Assembly: GCA_964435785.1 (NCBI GenBank)
Contig: CAYTAH010000002.1
Location: 11,438 to 75,437 of the forward strand
Origin: an uncultured Phycisphaeraceae bacterium
Lineage (GTDB): Bacteria > Planctomycetota > Phycisphaerae > Phycisphaerales > UBA1924
DNA length: 64,000 bases
Direction of reading: 5' to 3'
Part shown: piece after piece, positions 53,453 to 63,170 of the stretch
How positions within the stretch are numbered: the stretch's first letter is position 1
Layout: the number at the start of each line of letters is the position of its first letter
Position numbers and translations under genes: made by a program
Notes under the pieces: generated by a model
What the model was told of the DNA's origin: nothing
Database searches by the model: none
The model's input: the letters and a program-made list of their open reading frames with translations, nothing else

Positions 53453-54031
53453 CTAGTGGACGAGATTCGTCGCCGCCTCGATAGCCTCGACAACCTGCCG
53501 GACCTGGAAGGGCTTGCGCAGGAACCCCTCGAAGCCGGAGGAGCGGAGGGTGTGCGCCTGGGCGTCGTTGAGCTTGGCGCTCATCGCGATGATGCGGGTC
53601 ATCTGCAGCGACTCGCTCCCGTGGACGACCTGGGCCACCTTCCGGGCGTCATCGTCCCCCAGGTGCACGTCGAGCAGAAGGACGTGCGGCTTGAATCGCT
53701 CGCACTCCAGCCCCGCCTCGAACGCGGACGTCGCCGAGGAGACCTCGTAGTTCGTCTGCTCGGTCAGCACCCGGCGGAGCACGTCGACCACCTCGGTGTC
53801 ATCGTCCACGATGAGCACCCGGGTCCGCCCGGTGTTCAGCCCGTCGAGCGGGATGCCGTGGACCTTCATGAACTTGAGGAGCTCGCCCAGGGGGATCCTC
53901 CGGTCTTTGGAGCCGGGGATCCGATACCCCTTCAGGGAGCCCGAGTCGAACCACTTGGACACCGTGCGCGGGGCGACGTTGCAGATCTTCGCCACTTCGC
54001 CGGTCGTAAGCACGTCCTTCTCGATGGGCAT
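53453..54031 (-). CDS. response regulator with N-terminal excisionase/MerR-type HTH and C-terminal receiver
   Basis: 'LTTGEVAKICNVAPRTVSKWFDSG' HTH. Receiver 'RVLIVDDD', 'LLLDVHL' and 'MSAK'. Confidence 0.85.
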   Translation of the reverse strand: MPIEKDVLTTGEVAKICNVAPRTVSKWFDSGSLKGYRIPGSKDRRIPLGELLKFMKVHGIPLDGLNTGRTRVLIVDDDTEVVDVLRRVLTEQTNYEVSSATSAFEAGLECERFKPHVLLLDVHLGDDDARKVAQVVHGSESLQMTRIIAMSAKLNDAQAHTLRSSGFEGFLRKPFQVRQVVEAIEAATNLVH

Positions 54032-54228
54032 CGTCGCACCTCTTGGAACGTCGCTGAAGGTGGGCGTGCCGAGCACCGCCTCCGCACAGGGAGCGAATCG
54101 GCCGAAGCCGGGCGTTTCTTGACGACCGCGTCGGTTGTGCGGCGGAATTCCCCGTTCTGGGACCGGGGGCGGGCGGCCTCGAGGGATCACCGCCGGCCGA
54201 CGGGGGGAGGCCCCCGGCCCGGGGCGGA

Positions 54229-54258
54229 TTGACACTGGCGCTCCGCGCCGTGTAGATT
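54229..54258 (+). promoter_or_regulatory. candidate sigma70-like promoter TTGACA-18-TAGATT
   Basis: Lies in the 400-bp divergent region, about 170 nt upstream of the HEAT-protein GTG. Confidence 0.35.
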
Positions 54259-54431
54259 GGCCCGCCTGTCTTTGCGGAAGGGGCGGCATCTCCGCCGGGC
54301 CTGCGGGCGTACCGTTGGTCGGCGTGCGGGGCGGCGGGTTGCCATCCCGCGGCTGGAAGGGCCGCGCTCGCCAAGCAGGAGCCAACCAACCGGGGCGTCG
54401 CGGTGTCCCGGTCTGCATTGAGGAGTGAACC

Positions 54432-56606
54432 GTGCGTCGAGCGCCGACCGGTCGTGTTCTTTGTGTCTTGGCCTCCTCGATCATGCTGTGGGCGTCGGCG
54501 GCGGTCTTGCGGGCCCAGCCCGCGGACGAGGCCTCGCCGCAGCAGATGCTCAAGGACTTCATCCACTACGTGCTCATCGCACGCTACGACGCCGCGGACC
54601 TCATGGGCCAGCAGCTCCTCTCGCTGGACATGCCCGCCCAGGCGTTCACGGACCTTCTCGACACCAGCGGCGAGTACAACCGCTTCAAGTCCGCCGTCGG
54701 CGAGGCGATGCGGCGCGACCCGGGGGGGCAGCTCGAGGCGACCGCCGCGGCTCTCGAGCGGCTCTACGAGACGGGCCGTCTCGAGCGGGCGCGTTCCCCC
54801 GACGAGATCGCGCGGAACGTCAGCCTGCTCACCGGGCAGCTCCAGGCGCGGTACCTGGCCACGCGCCGGCTGCTGACGGCGGGCGAGTACGGGATGCCGC
54901 AGCTCGTCGAGGCGCTGCTCGACCAGCAGCACCCCGAGCTGCAGGCCACGGTGCAGGACATCCTGGTCGAGCTGGGCTCTCAGTCGGTGATGCCGCTCTG
55001 TGTCACGCTCCTCAACGTCCGCGGCGGCCAGCAGGAGCTGGTGGCCAACGTCCTCGGCATCAAGGGCTACCGCACCGCCCTCCCCTTCCTGGCCGATGTC
55101 GCCGAATCCACGAGCGAGTCGTTCGTGCGCGAGGCGTGCAACCGGGCCATCGACCGATTGGGCGGCACGGGCGGGGCCTCGGTCGCCGACCTCTACCTTC
55201 AGCTCGGCGAGATCTACTACGCGGAGCGCCCCGAGGTGACCAGCTTCCCCGGGGAGGAGCACCAGCTGCTCTGGTCCTACCTCGCCGGCGCTCCGGGCGT
55301 CTCGCTCGTCATGACCCCGATCAGGACCGAGGTCTTCCACGAGGCCATGGCCATGCGGATGGCCGAGGCCACGCTCCGCGAGAACGCCCAGAGCGTCGAG
55401 GGGGCGGCCCTGTGGGTGGCCTCGAACATCAAGCGGGGCGTCGAGCAGCCCGCCGACTACGAGAACCCCGCGTACGGGAGCGACCGGCGCGACCCCATGT
55501 ACTTCGCCGTGGCCGCCGGGATGCCCGTCGATCACCGCGTCCTCGCCCGCGGCCTCGACACCCGCAACACTCCGCTGGCGCGCGAGGCGATCGCGGCGAT
55601 CGAGCGGATCGCCGGCGGCGCCCAGCTGTGGTCCGGCGCCTCCGATCGCCGGCCGCTGGTCGAGGCGCTCGGGTACCCCAACCGGCGGGTCCAGTATGAG
55701 GCGGCCCTGGCCTTCGGCGCCGCGCAGCCCTCCTCGCCCTTCACCGAATCGGACCGCGTCGTTCCGCTGCTGGCCAGCGCCGTGCGCGACGCCTCGGCCC
55801 GCTACGCCATCATCCTCACCGACGAGGTCGAGAAGTACCAGGCCCTCCGTCGGATCCTCGAGGCCGAGGGGTACCAGGTCCTGCCGCGGGGCTCGACCAT
55901 CGAGGAGCTGAACCAGGACATCGCCGACGCGCCGGGGATCGACGTGCTCGTGACCGCGCTCTCGGCCGATGCCTCTCTCCAGGTCATCGAGCAGGCCAGG
56001 TACGGGGCCAAGCTCGCCGCCACGCCGCTCCTGGCGCTCGTGGACCCCCTCGAGGCCGCCACCCTCACCCCGCGCTTCGAGCGTGACCCGATGGTGATGG
56101 TCCGGCGCGCCGGGCTGCCCGAGGAGGCCATCGCCGGCGCCGTCGGCCAGCTCGTCGAGCAGGCCTCGGGCGGACCGATCTCGCCGGAGGAGGCCCGGGC
56201 GTACTCCGAGCGGGCGATCACCGTTCTGCGCGATCTGGCCGTCAGCGGCAACGAGGTGCTCCACGTGAGCGACGCGACGGGTCCGCTGGTCGGGGCGCTC
56301 GGCGACTCCACGGGCGAGCGCCGCATGGCGATCGCCGAGGTCCTTGCCTACATCGCCGACCCGCGGGCGCAGAAGGCCATCGCCGACGTCGCCCTCGCCG
56401 CGCAGGGGCCCGAGCAGGCGGCCCTGCTCGGCAAGGTCGCCGACTCGGCCAAGCGATTCGGCAACCAGCTGGACGAGCGCCAGGTCGCGAGAGTCGTGGC
56501 GATCGCGAAGGACACCTCCCCGGAGGAGTCGCTCGCGGCCGCTGCGCTGCTCGGCGCGCTCGGCGTGCCCAACTCGGACCTGCTCCCGCAGATCCTCGGC
56601 CAATAG
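54432..56606 (+). CDS. secreted HEAT/ARM-like repeat protein
   Basis: GAGGAG RBS 7 nt before the GTG. Signal peptide 'VLCVLASSIMLWASAAVLRA'. Alpha-helical repeats ('R..A..ALG..G') throughout. Confidence 0.65.
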   Translation: MRRAPTGRVLCVLASSIMLWASAAVLRAQPADEASPQQMLKDFIHYVLIARYDAADLMGQQLLSLDMPAQAFTDLLDTSGEYNRFKSAVGEAMRRDPGGQLEATAAALERLYETGRLERARSPDEIARNVSLLTGQLQARYLATRRLLTAGEYGMPQLVEALLDQQHPELQATVQDILVELGSQSVMPLCVTLLNVRGGQQELVANVLGIKGYRTALPFLADVAESTSESFVREACNRAIDRLGGTGGASVADLYLQLGEIYYAERPEVTSFPGEEHQLLWSYLAGAPGVSLVMTPIRTEVFHEAMAMRMAEATLRENAQSVEGAALWVASNIKRGVEQPADYENPAYGSDRRDPMYFAVAAGMPVDHRVLARGLDTRNTPLAREAIAAIERIAGGAQLWSGASDRRPLVEALGYPNRRVQYEAALAFGAAQPSSPFTESDRVVPLLASAVRDASARYAIILTDEVEKYQALRRILEAEGYQVLPRGSTIEELNQDIADAPGIDVLVTALSADASLQVIEQARYGAKLAATPLLALVDPLEAATLTPRFERDPMVMVRRAGLPEEAIAGAVGQLVEQASGGPISPEEARAYSERAITVLRDLAVSGNEVLHVSDATGPLVGALGDSTGERRMAIAEVLAYIADPRAQKAIADVALAAQGPEQAALLGKVADSAKRFGNQLDERQVARVVAIAKDTSPEESLAAAALLGALGVPNSDLLPQILGQ

Positions 56607-56635
56607 GCCGCGCCGCAGCGCAAGCCACCTCCTGG

Positions 56636-56672
56636 GACGCCCCCGCCACCGGCGGGGGCGTCGACCTTCTTG
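56636..56672 (+). terminator. rho-independent terminator
   Basis: GACGCCCCCGCC-ACC-GGCGGGGGCGTC (12-bp stem) followed by GACCTTCTTGG. Confidence 0.55.
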
Positions 56673-57006
56673 GCCCCGGATTCCCGTGGGTTTGCGCCGC
56701 GCGTTCCCGGACGTTGCGTGATGCGTGAGTCTGCGCAGGGCGCGTGCGCCCGGGGCTGCCCGAGGGCCACAGACGCGGCGCAAACGTCAGAGACGGAACG
56801 GGATGGGGCCCTGCCGGGCGGTTTGCAGCAAAGGCCCTCGCCGGGCGCGCCGATGCCCGCATGGTGAGGGCGGACGCCGGGCGTCGGGAGGAGGACGCCT
56901 GGGCCCGCCCCTGCGGCTGCGGTGGTCGCCGCCGCGGAACAGAGTGCACCGGCCGCCACGGAGGCGACCGCTCGCGGGTGTCCAAGTGTGTGAAGGAGTG
57001 CGCAGC

Positions 57007-57477
57007 ATGCATGTTCGCAACCGTGGTCGTAATCGTGCGTTTACGCTTGTCGAAATCCTGATCGTCGTCGTGATCCTCGGCATCCTTGCCGCGATCGTGG
57101 TTCCCCAGTTCACGAACGCCGCGAACGACGCTCGCGGCGGCAACATCGTGACGCAGCTCCAGACGCTCAACAGCCAGATCGAGCTGTTCGCCGCCCGCAA
57201 CAACGGCAACTACCCCGACCTGGCCGCGGACCAGTGGGGCTCCAACAACGGCGACTCGAGCACCATGATCGGTGGCGCGTACCTCAAGACGGCCCCCTCG
57301 AATCCCGCCTGGAACCCGGACGACAACGGCGGCGTGGCGGCGACGGTGGTCGAGGTCGGCGCGGGCGCGTTCGGCTCGGCGACGGCCGCCTGGGTGTTCA
57401 ACACCGACGACAACACGCTCTACGCCTCGTACTTCGACGAGGTGAACGGCGTCATCACGACCGTGGCGACCGACTGA
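57007..57477 (+). CDS. type IV pilin / T2SS major pseudopilin-like protein
   Basis: 'RAFTLVEILIVVVILGILAAIVVPQF' is a prepilin cleavage/methylation motif with E+5. GAAGGAG RBS. Confidence 0.85.
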   Translation: MHVRNRGRNRAFTLVEILIVVVILGILAAIVVPQFTNAANDARGGNIVTQLQTLNSQIELFAARNNGNYPDLAADQWGSNNGDSSTMIGGAYLKTAPSNPAWNPDDNGGVAATVVEVGAGAFGSATAAWVFNTDDNTLYASYFDEVNGVITTVATD

Positions 57478-57507
57478 ACGGCAACGGTCTCGTGAGCAGC
57501 TGAAGAC

Positions 57508-57543
57508 CGGCCCGACGCCCGAGAGGGCGCCGGGCCGTTTCGT
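57508..57543 (+). terminator. hairpin/attenuator after the first pilin gene
   Basis: CGGCCCGACGCCC-GAGA-GGGCGCCGGGCCG (13-bp stem with 1 mismatch) followed by TTTCGT. Confidence 0.45.
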
Positions 57544-57590
57544 GGTGGGGGCGGCGCGGCGGCGCGTCGTCGGATGGGAGGAGGCACTCG

Positions 57591-58022
57591 ATGCGACGCG
57601 TGCAGAGGGCGTTCACGCTGGTCGAAATCCTGATCGTGGTCATCATACTCGGGATCCTCGCGGCGCTCGTCGTCCCGAGCTTCGTCGGTGCGACGGAGGA
57701 GGCCTCCGAGAACGCGGCGATCCACGAGGTGCAGAAGCTCCGGCGCGCGATCGAGGTCTACCAGGTCAGGAACAAGAACATCCTCCCGGACGTGAGCGAG
57801 GGGTCCGGGACCTGGGGCGGCCTCGTGCTCAACGCCGGTGAGTACCTCAAGAGCCCGCCGGTGAACCCCTACGTGGGCTCCACGAACGACGACGTGATCG
57901 TCTTCGGGGCTGGGCCCGACGGCGGGTACCAGACCGCCCACGCGTGGATCTACAACCCCGCGACGGGGGAGGTGTGGGCGGGCGGCTTCGACGCCAACGA
58001 CAACCCGTACCCGAAGCCCTAG
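57591..58022 (+). CDS. GspG-like pseudopilin
   Basis: 'RAFTLVEILIVVIILGILAALVVPSF' and 'A..EV..LR.AIE.Y'. Confidence 0.85.
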   Translation: MRRVQRAFTLVEILIVVIILGILAALVVPSFVGATEEASENAAIHEVQKLRRAIEVYQVRNKNILPDVSEGSGTWGGLVLNAGEYLKSPPVNPYVGSTNDDVIVFGAGPDGGYQTAHAWIYNPATGEVWAGGFDANDNPYPKP

Positions 58023-58047
58023 GCGGGCGTTCGGGGGGAGGCATGCG

Positions 58048-58620
58048 ATGCGGAAGGTCGGCGGACATGCACGGTGGGCGGTTCTCGGGCGGGGGTACAC
58101 CCTCGCCGAGATGCTGGTCGTGATCGCCATCCTCGGCATCGCCAGCGCGATGGTCATCCCCTCGATGGGCGATGCCGGCGTTCTGCGGATCCAGAGCGCC
58201 GTGCGCACGCTCGTCGCCGACATCACCTTCGCCCAGACGGACGCCCTGGCGTACCAGCAGCGCCGCGCCGTGATCTTCGACGAGGACGCCAACACCTACA
58301 CCATCGCGGAGGTCGTGGTCAGCAGCGGCGGGGAAGTCACCTACATCCCGCTCTTTCTCGCCGGGGGCCCGGGAGGCCAGTACACCGTTGACTTCGACAT
58401 CGACGGCTTCGACGGCGCGCGCCTCCGCCTCCCCAGCTTCGACGGCGACGCCATCCTCATCTTCGACGAGATCGGGGCGCCCGTCGCCGACGCGTCGTCC
58501 GACGCCGCGGCGACCCTGGGAACGATCTACATCGACAGCGATCGTGCGACCTTCCGCGTGGATGTGGCCCCCTACACGGGCCAGGTCCGCGTCGAGAAGG
58601 TCGCCGGCCTGCCCGGCTGA
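58048..58620 (+). CDS. GspH/FimT-like minor pseudopilin
   Basis: 'RGYTLAEMLVVIAILGIASAMVIPS'. 190 aa. Confidence 0.75.
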   Translation: MRKVGGHARWAVLGRGYTLAEMLVVIAILGIASAMVIPSMGDAGVLRIQSAVRTLVADITFAQTDALAYQQRRAVIFDEDANTYTIAEVVVSSGGEVTYIPLFLAGGPGGQYTVDFDIDGFDGARLRLPSFDGDAILIFDEIGAPVADASSDAAATLGTIYIDSDRATFRVDVAPYTGQVRVEKVAGLPG

Positions 58621-58648
58621 TCGCCGGGCGCGGGAGGGGAGGCTGGAC

Positions 58649-58885
58649 ATGGGCGAGCGTGGCAGGCGTGAGAGCGTCCGTGGACGCGCGGCGAGGGTGG
58701 TCGTCCTCTCGACGGTGGCAGCCCTCGGGCTCCTGCTCTGGGCGCGTCTCAAGCTCGTGACCGAGACTCCCCGCATGGTGTACGCCGACCCGCCGGCCTC
58801 CGCCGGGGTTGAGGGAGATTCCTCACCGGCCCCGAGCGCGCCCGCGCGTCCGGCCGATAAGGCCGGTGATCGCGGCCCGCGCTGA
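58649..58885 (+). CDS. 78-aa membrane-anchored Pro/Ala-rich protein
   Basis: GGGAGGGGAGG RBS. One TM helix, 'VVVLSTVAALGLLLWA'. Weak call. Confidence 0.45.
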   Translation: MGERGRRESVRGRAARVVVLSTVAALGLLLWARLKLVTETPRMVYADPPASAGVEGDSSPAPSAPARPADKAGDRGPR

Positions 58886-59079
58886 GGCCCGCGCCGGGCG
58901 AACGGAATCTGGGCTTCACGATGTGCCGGTTGTGCGGCCTCCCCAGGCTCGCAAGCGGGAGAGAGTCCCCAAGTCCCCGCCGGTGACGGACGACAAAGTC
59001 ATGGCATTCCTCGCGCTCGGACCGACGTGTGGTCGGTTGGCAGTTCCGGACGCGACCAAAACGGCGGGGATGAGAAGCC

Positions 59080-61776
59080 ATGACGCACCACAACGATCGT
59101 TCGAGTCAGCGTAGCGCGAGGGCGACCAAGGCCCCCTCGCAGTCGGCCTTCGGCCTCACCGCGGCGATGGTGGCCTTGGTCGCCGGGGCGCCCGCGGGCT
59201 TCGCCCAGAGCAGCGTGGATGACGGCGCGCCGGGCGAGGGTCTGGGCTCTCTGATGAACCTCCTGGGCGGGAAGGGCGACCAGGCCCAGCCCGAGGCGGG
59301 CGCCCCCGGGGGCGACCAGGACTCGTTCCGCACCGACGGCGTTTACTACGACGAGAACGCGACCGTCGAGCTGCACGTCCAGGACGAGGACCTCACCGCG
59401 GTCCTGCAGATGCTCTCGATCCAGAGCGAGCGGAACATCGTCGCCAGCAAGGATGTCTCCGCCCGGGTCACCGCCAACCTCTACGGCGTCACCTTCCACG
59501 AGGCGCTCGACGCCATCCTGCACGTCAACGGATACGGGTACATCGAGCGCGGCAACTTCATCTACGTGTACCCGATCGATGTCCTCGTCGAGATCGAGCA
59601 GGCCGCCCGGCAGCGCACCAGCCGCGTGATCCGTCTCAACTTCCTCAACGCGGTGGACGCCGCGAGCTTCGTGAGCCCGATGCTCAGCGAGGAAGGCGAG
59701 ATCAAGAGCAACGGCAAGATCGGGGCGTGGACCGACCCGACGACGCCGACGGGCAACGAGGAGTTCGCCAACGAGTCGACCCTCGTGGTCTACGACTACC
59801 CGGAGAACATCGACGCCATCGAGAGCCTGCTCCGCGAGCTGGACACCCGGCCGGCACAGATCCTCGTCGAGGCGACGATCGTCCAGACCTCGCTGAACGA
59901 GCAGAACGCCTTCGGCGTCGACTTCAGCATCATCGGCGACCTCGACTTCGTCGAGTTCCTCAACCCGCTCGGCGCCGTGGAGAGCCTGATCGACGGCGGC
60001 ACCGCCAGCAGCCCCGTCCCCGCCGACGGCGAGGGGCGCGCCATCGTCTCCAACCCGGGCAACACCTCCGGCCCGGCCACCTTCAAGGCCGGCATCGTCG
60101 ACGAGGACGTCGCCGTCTTCGTCCGCCTGCTCGACCAGGTCACGGACACGACCATCATCTCCAACCCCAAGGTCGTGACGCTCAACCGCCAGCCCGGTCG
60201 CGTGCTCGTCGGTCGTAAGGTCGGCTACCTGCAGACCACCGCCACCGACACGGCGACGACCCAGACGGTCGAGTTCCTCGACACCGGCACCCAGCTGAAC
60301 TTCCGCCCGTTCGTCACCAGCGACGGCGTGATCCGCATGGAGCTCAAGCCCCAGGTCTCGGAGGCGTCGCTGCGCAGCGCCACCGACGCCAGCGGCGTCG
60401 CGGTGACCATCCCCGACGAGATCACCAACGAGCTTGCGGCCAACGTCCTGGTGCCGGACGGGCACACGATCGTCCTCGGCGGCCTGTTCCGCGAGTCCAC
60501 CACGGCGACCCGCCGTCAGGTCCCGGTGCTCGGCGACATCCCGATCCTCGGCGCCGCCTTCCGCGGGCACGACGACGACGTGCAGCGCCAGGAGATCATC
60601 TTCCTGATCACGCCCTCGATCGTCAGCGACCAGGTGCTCGTGGACCAGGGGATGCGCGGCGAGGACGCGGTCCGGCGCGTCCGGGCCGGAGCCCGCGAGG
60701 GCACGCTGCCCTTCTCCCGCTCCCGCCAGGCGGCGCAGCTCCTCGTCGAGGCCGAGCACCTCGAGGCCGAGGGCAAGACCAACCAGGCCCTCCACAAGGT
60801 CCGGCGCGCCCTGCGCCTGGCGCCGGCCCAGCCCGACGCCATCGAGGTCCGGGAGCGGCTGGTCAACGAGAAGGACGTCTGGCCCAGCGGCAGCGTCCTC
60901 AACGACATCATCCAGAGCGACGCGGAGCGCTCGCTCCAGCACAACATCCTCCAGCACGGCTGGTGGGGCGCCCGCGACAGCCTGAGCAAGGTTTCGCACG
61001 AGGAGCCGTCGACGATCGCATCGAAGACTCCCTCGGCCAAGAGCCGGTCCCCGCAGCAGACCAGCACCGCCTCCGTCTCGTCCATGGCGAGCCATCGCGA
61101 GGCGCGCATCGCCGCCCGGGCGCAGGCGGGCAGCACGCAGCCGCAGTTCAGCCCCGAGGTCGTCAGCGAGGTCGAGACCTACGACTCCACGGCCGTGGTC
61201 GCGGAGGAGCCGGCGAACGGAGAGTGGTGGACCACCGCCTCGTTCCAGGAGTTCATGAAGACCTGGGACGCGGAGGTGGCCAAGGAGCAGGGGCGCAGCC
61301 CCGCGGCCTCCGAGCAGTGGTGGACGAGCCGGGACTTCATCCAGTTCCTCAAGGCCTACGAGGCCAGCGCGATGGCCGACGCCGCCGCGGGAGAGGGTGT
61401 GAGCACCGCCCCGATCACCACGACGCCCACCGACGCCACCGGGACGAGCGCCGACGAGTTCGCCTCCGAGCCTGAGATGGGCTTCGACGGGCTCACGACC
61501 GGCGTCGAGACCGGCGCCGAGACCGGCGTCGAGCCGATCGTCTCGGAGAGCGATCGCGTGCCGCTCTACGAGGACAACCCCTATGTCTACTACCCCGCGG
61601 ACGAGGTCCCCAGCGGCTTCGAGCAGGAGTCCTTCGAGGAGGCCGTGGCGGAGATGAACTCCCGCAACGGCGGGGACAGCGACGTCGACGAGTACGTCCA
61701 GTACCTCGAAGACGCCGAGTCCACCCCCAGTTATACGGAGGTGGACGATGAGGATCCCGAGGATCCCCGGCACTGA
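59080..61776 (+). CDS. secretin (GspD/PilQ family) with a C-terminal extension of about 370 aa
   Basis: N0/STN domain 'VELHVQDEDLTAVLQMLSIQSERNIV'. Secretin core 'ILVEATIVQTSL', 'PKVVTLNRQP', 'VPVLGDIPILGAAFR' and 'EIIFLITPSIV'. Confidence 0.9.
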   Translation: MTHHNDRSSQRSARATKAPSQSAFGLTAAMVALVAGAPAGFAQSSVDDGAPGEGLGSLMNLLGGKGDQAQPEAGAPGGDQDSFRTDGVYYDENATVELHVQDEDLTAVLQMLSIQSERNIVASKDVSARVTANLYGVTFHEALDAILHVNGYGYIERGNFIYVYPIDVLVEIEQAARQRTSRVIRLNFLNAVDAASFVSPMLSEEGEIKSNGKIGAWTDPTTPTGNEEFANESTLVVYDYPENIDAIESLLRELDTRPAQILVEATIVQTSLNEQNAFGVDFSIIGDLDFVEFLNPLGAVESLIDGGTASSPVPADGEGRAIVSNPGNTSGPATFKAGIVDEDVAVFVRLLDQVTDTTIISNPKVVTLNRQPGRVLVGRKVGYLQTTATDTATTQTVEFLDTGTQLNFRPFVTSDGVIRMELKPQVSEASLRSATDASGVAVTIPDEITNELAANVLVPDGHTIVLGGLFRESTTATRRQVPVLGDIPILGAAFRGHDDDVQRQEIIFLITPSIVSDQVLVDQGMRGEDAVRRVRAGAREGTLPFSRSRQAAQLLVEAEHLEAEGKTNQALHKVRRALRLAPAQPDAIEVRERLVNEKDVWPSGSVLNDIIQSDAERSLQHNILQHGWWGARDSLSKVSHEEPSTIASKTPSAKSRSPQQTSTASVSSMASHREARIAARAQAGSTQPQFSPEVVSEVETYDSTAVVAEEPANGEWWTTASFQEFMKTWDAEVAKEQGRSPAASEQWWTSRDFIQFLKAYEASAMADAAAGEGVSTAPITTTPTDATGTSADEFASEPEMGFDGLTTGVETGAETGVEPIVSESDRVPLYEDNPYVYYPADEVPSGFEQESFEEAVAEMNSRNGGDSDVDEYVQYLEDAESTPSYTEVDDEDPEDPRH

Positions 61777-61852
61777 CTCAACTGACGGGATGGATCGCCG
61801 ATAAGGGCTGCAGGGCCCGCCCACACCGGGCGGGCCCTTCTTCATTTCAGAC

Positions 61853-63091
61853 ATGGAGAAAGACATGAGCTCGACGCGTCGCCATGGGATGGGCCTGCTC
61901 TGCCTCGCCGCCGGCCTTGCCGGCTCGATCCTCGCCGGGTGCGGGAGCCACGGCAGCTACACCCGCGAGGGGATCTCGCTCGCCGAGCAGAAGGCCGCCG
62001 CCATCAAGAGCGCCACGGAGTACGACATGGCCCGCCAGGCGTACTTCGCGGGCGATCTGCACAAGGCGCTCGAGAAGATCGACCGCTCGCTGGCTATCAA
62101 CCCCGACGTGGCCAAGAGCCACGTGCTCCGGGGGCGGATCCAGCTGGAGCTGGGCGAGATGGACGCCGCGCTCGACTCGCTCCACCGCGCCGAGGCGCTG
62201 GCCCCCGACAACGTGGACGCGCAGTACTTCCTGGGCGTGACCTACGAGCGGCTCGTGGAGCGTGAGCGGGCGCTGGAGCACTACCAGAAGGCGGCGGACC
62301 TCGACCAGGAGGACGCCCAGTACGTCGTCGCGGCGGCCGAGGTGATGGTCGATCTCGGGCGTGTGGACGAGGCCGAGGCGTTCATCCAGAGCCGGCGCGC
62401 CCGCTTCGACCACAACGCGGGCGTGCGTCAGACGCTGGGGCACATCGCGCTGATCAAGGGCGACGACGAGACGGCCCTGGCGATGTTCAGCGAGGCGCGC
62501 CTCCTCGCGCCCGACGACACCGACATCCTCGAGGACCTCGCCCGCACGCAGATCGCCGTGGAGCGGTACGGCGAGGCGGTGACGAGCCTGTCCAAGCTTC
62601 TCTCCGACAAGGAGGTGAAGGCCACGCGCCGCGACCTGCGCCACATGCTCGCCCGCTGCTACGTCGAGGTCTCCCGCATGGTCGAGGCCCGCAACGAGTA
62701 CCTGGCGCTCACCGAGGGTGAGGAGGGCGCCGGCGACGTCGAGGCCTGGATCGGGCTCGGCAACGTCGCGTGCGTGATCAAGGATCCCTACCGCCACCGC
62801 AACGCCGCGAACCGCGTCATGGCCCTCGCGCCCGGACGCGAGGAGGGCTACCTCCTGCGCGCGATCTGGCACCGCCGGCGCGGCGAGAACGAGGAGGCCC
62901 TCAAGTGGCTCGACCTCGCCACGCAGCGGGCCCTCCAGGTCAGCTCGGCCTACACGCTCAAGGGGGTCATCCTGACCGAGCTCGGACGCGCGGACGAGGC
63001 CCGCGAGGCCTACGCCGAGGCGCTGCGCCAGAACCCCGGCGACCAGACCATCGCCGGCCTGCTCGACAGCGTGGAAGTGAGCGACAACTAG
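61853..63091 (+). CDS. TPR repeat lipoprotein (PilF/PilW-like pilotin candidate)
   Basis: Lipobox 'GSILAGC'. At least 8 TPR units. Confidence 0.78.
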   Translation: MEKDMSSTRRHGMGLLCLAAGLAGSILAGCGSHGSYTREGISLAEQKAAAIKSATEYDMARQAYFAGDLHKALEKIDRSLAINPDVAKSHVLRGRIQLELGEMDAALDSLHRAEALAPDNVDAQYFLGVTYERLVERERALEHYQKAADLDQEDAQYVVAAAEVMVDLGRVDEAEAFIQSRRARFDHNAGVRQTLGHIALIKGDDETALAMFSEARLLAPDDTDILEDLARTQIAVERYGEAVTSLSKLLSDKEVKATRRDLRHMLARCYVEVSRMVEARNEYLALTEGEEGAGDVEAWIGLGNVACVIKDPYRHRNAANRVMALAPGREEGYLLRAIWHRRRGENEEALKWLDLATQRALQVSSAYTLKGVILTELGRADEAREAYAEALRQNPGDQTIAGLLDSVEVSDN

Positions 63092-63170
63092 GCGTCAAGC
63101 CCGCGCCCGCAAGCAGGCCCGGGGAATGGTGCACGCTCGGCGTCGGCGTCGCCGGAGTTCGGCAGTGGTC

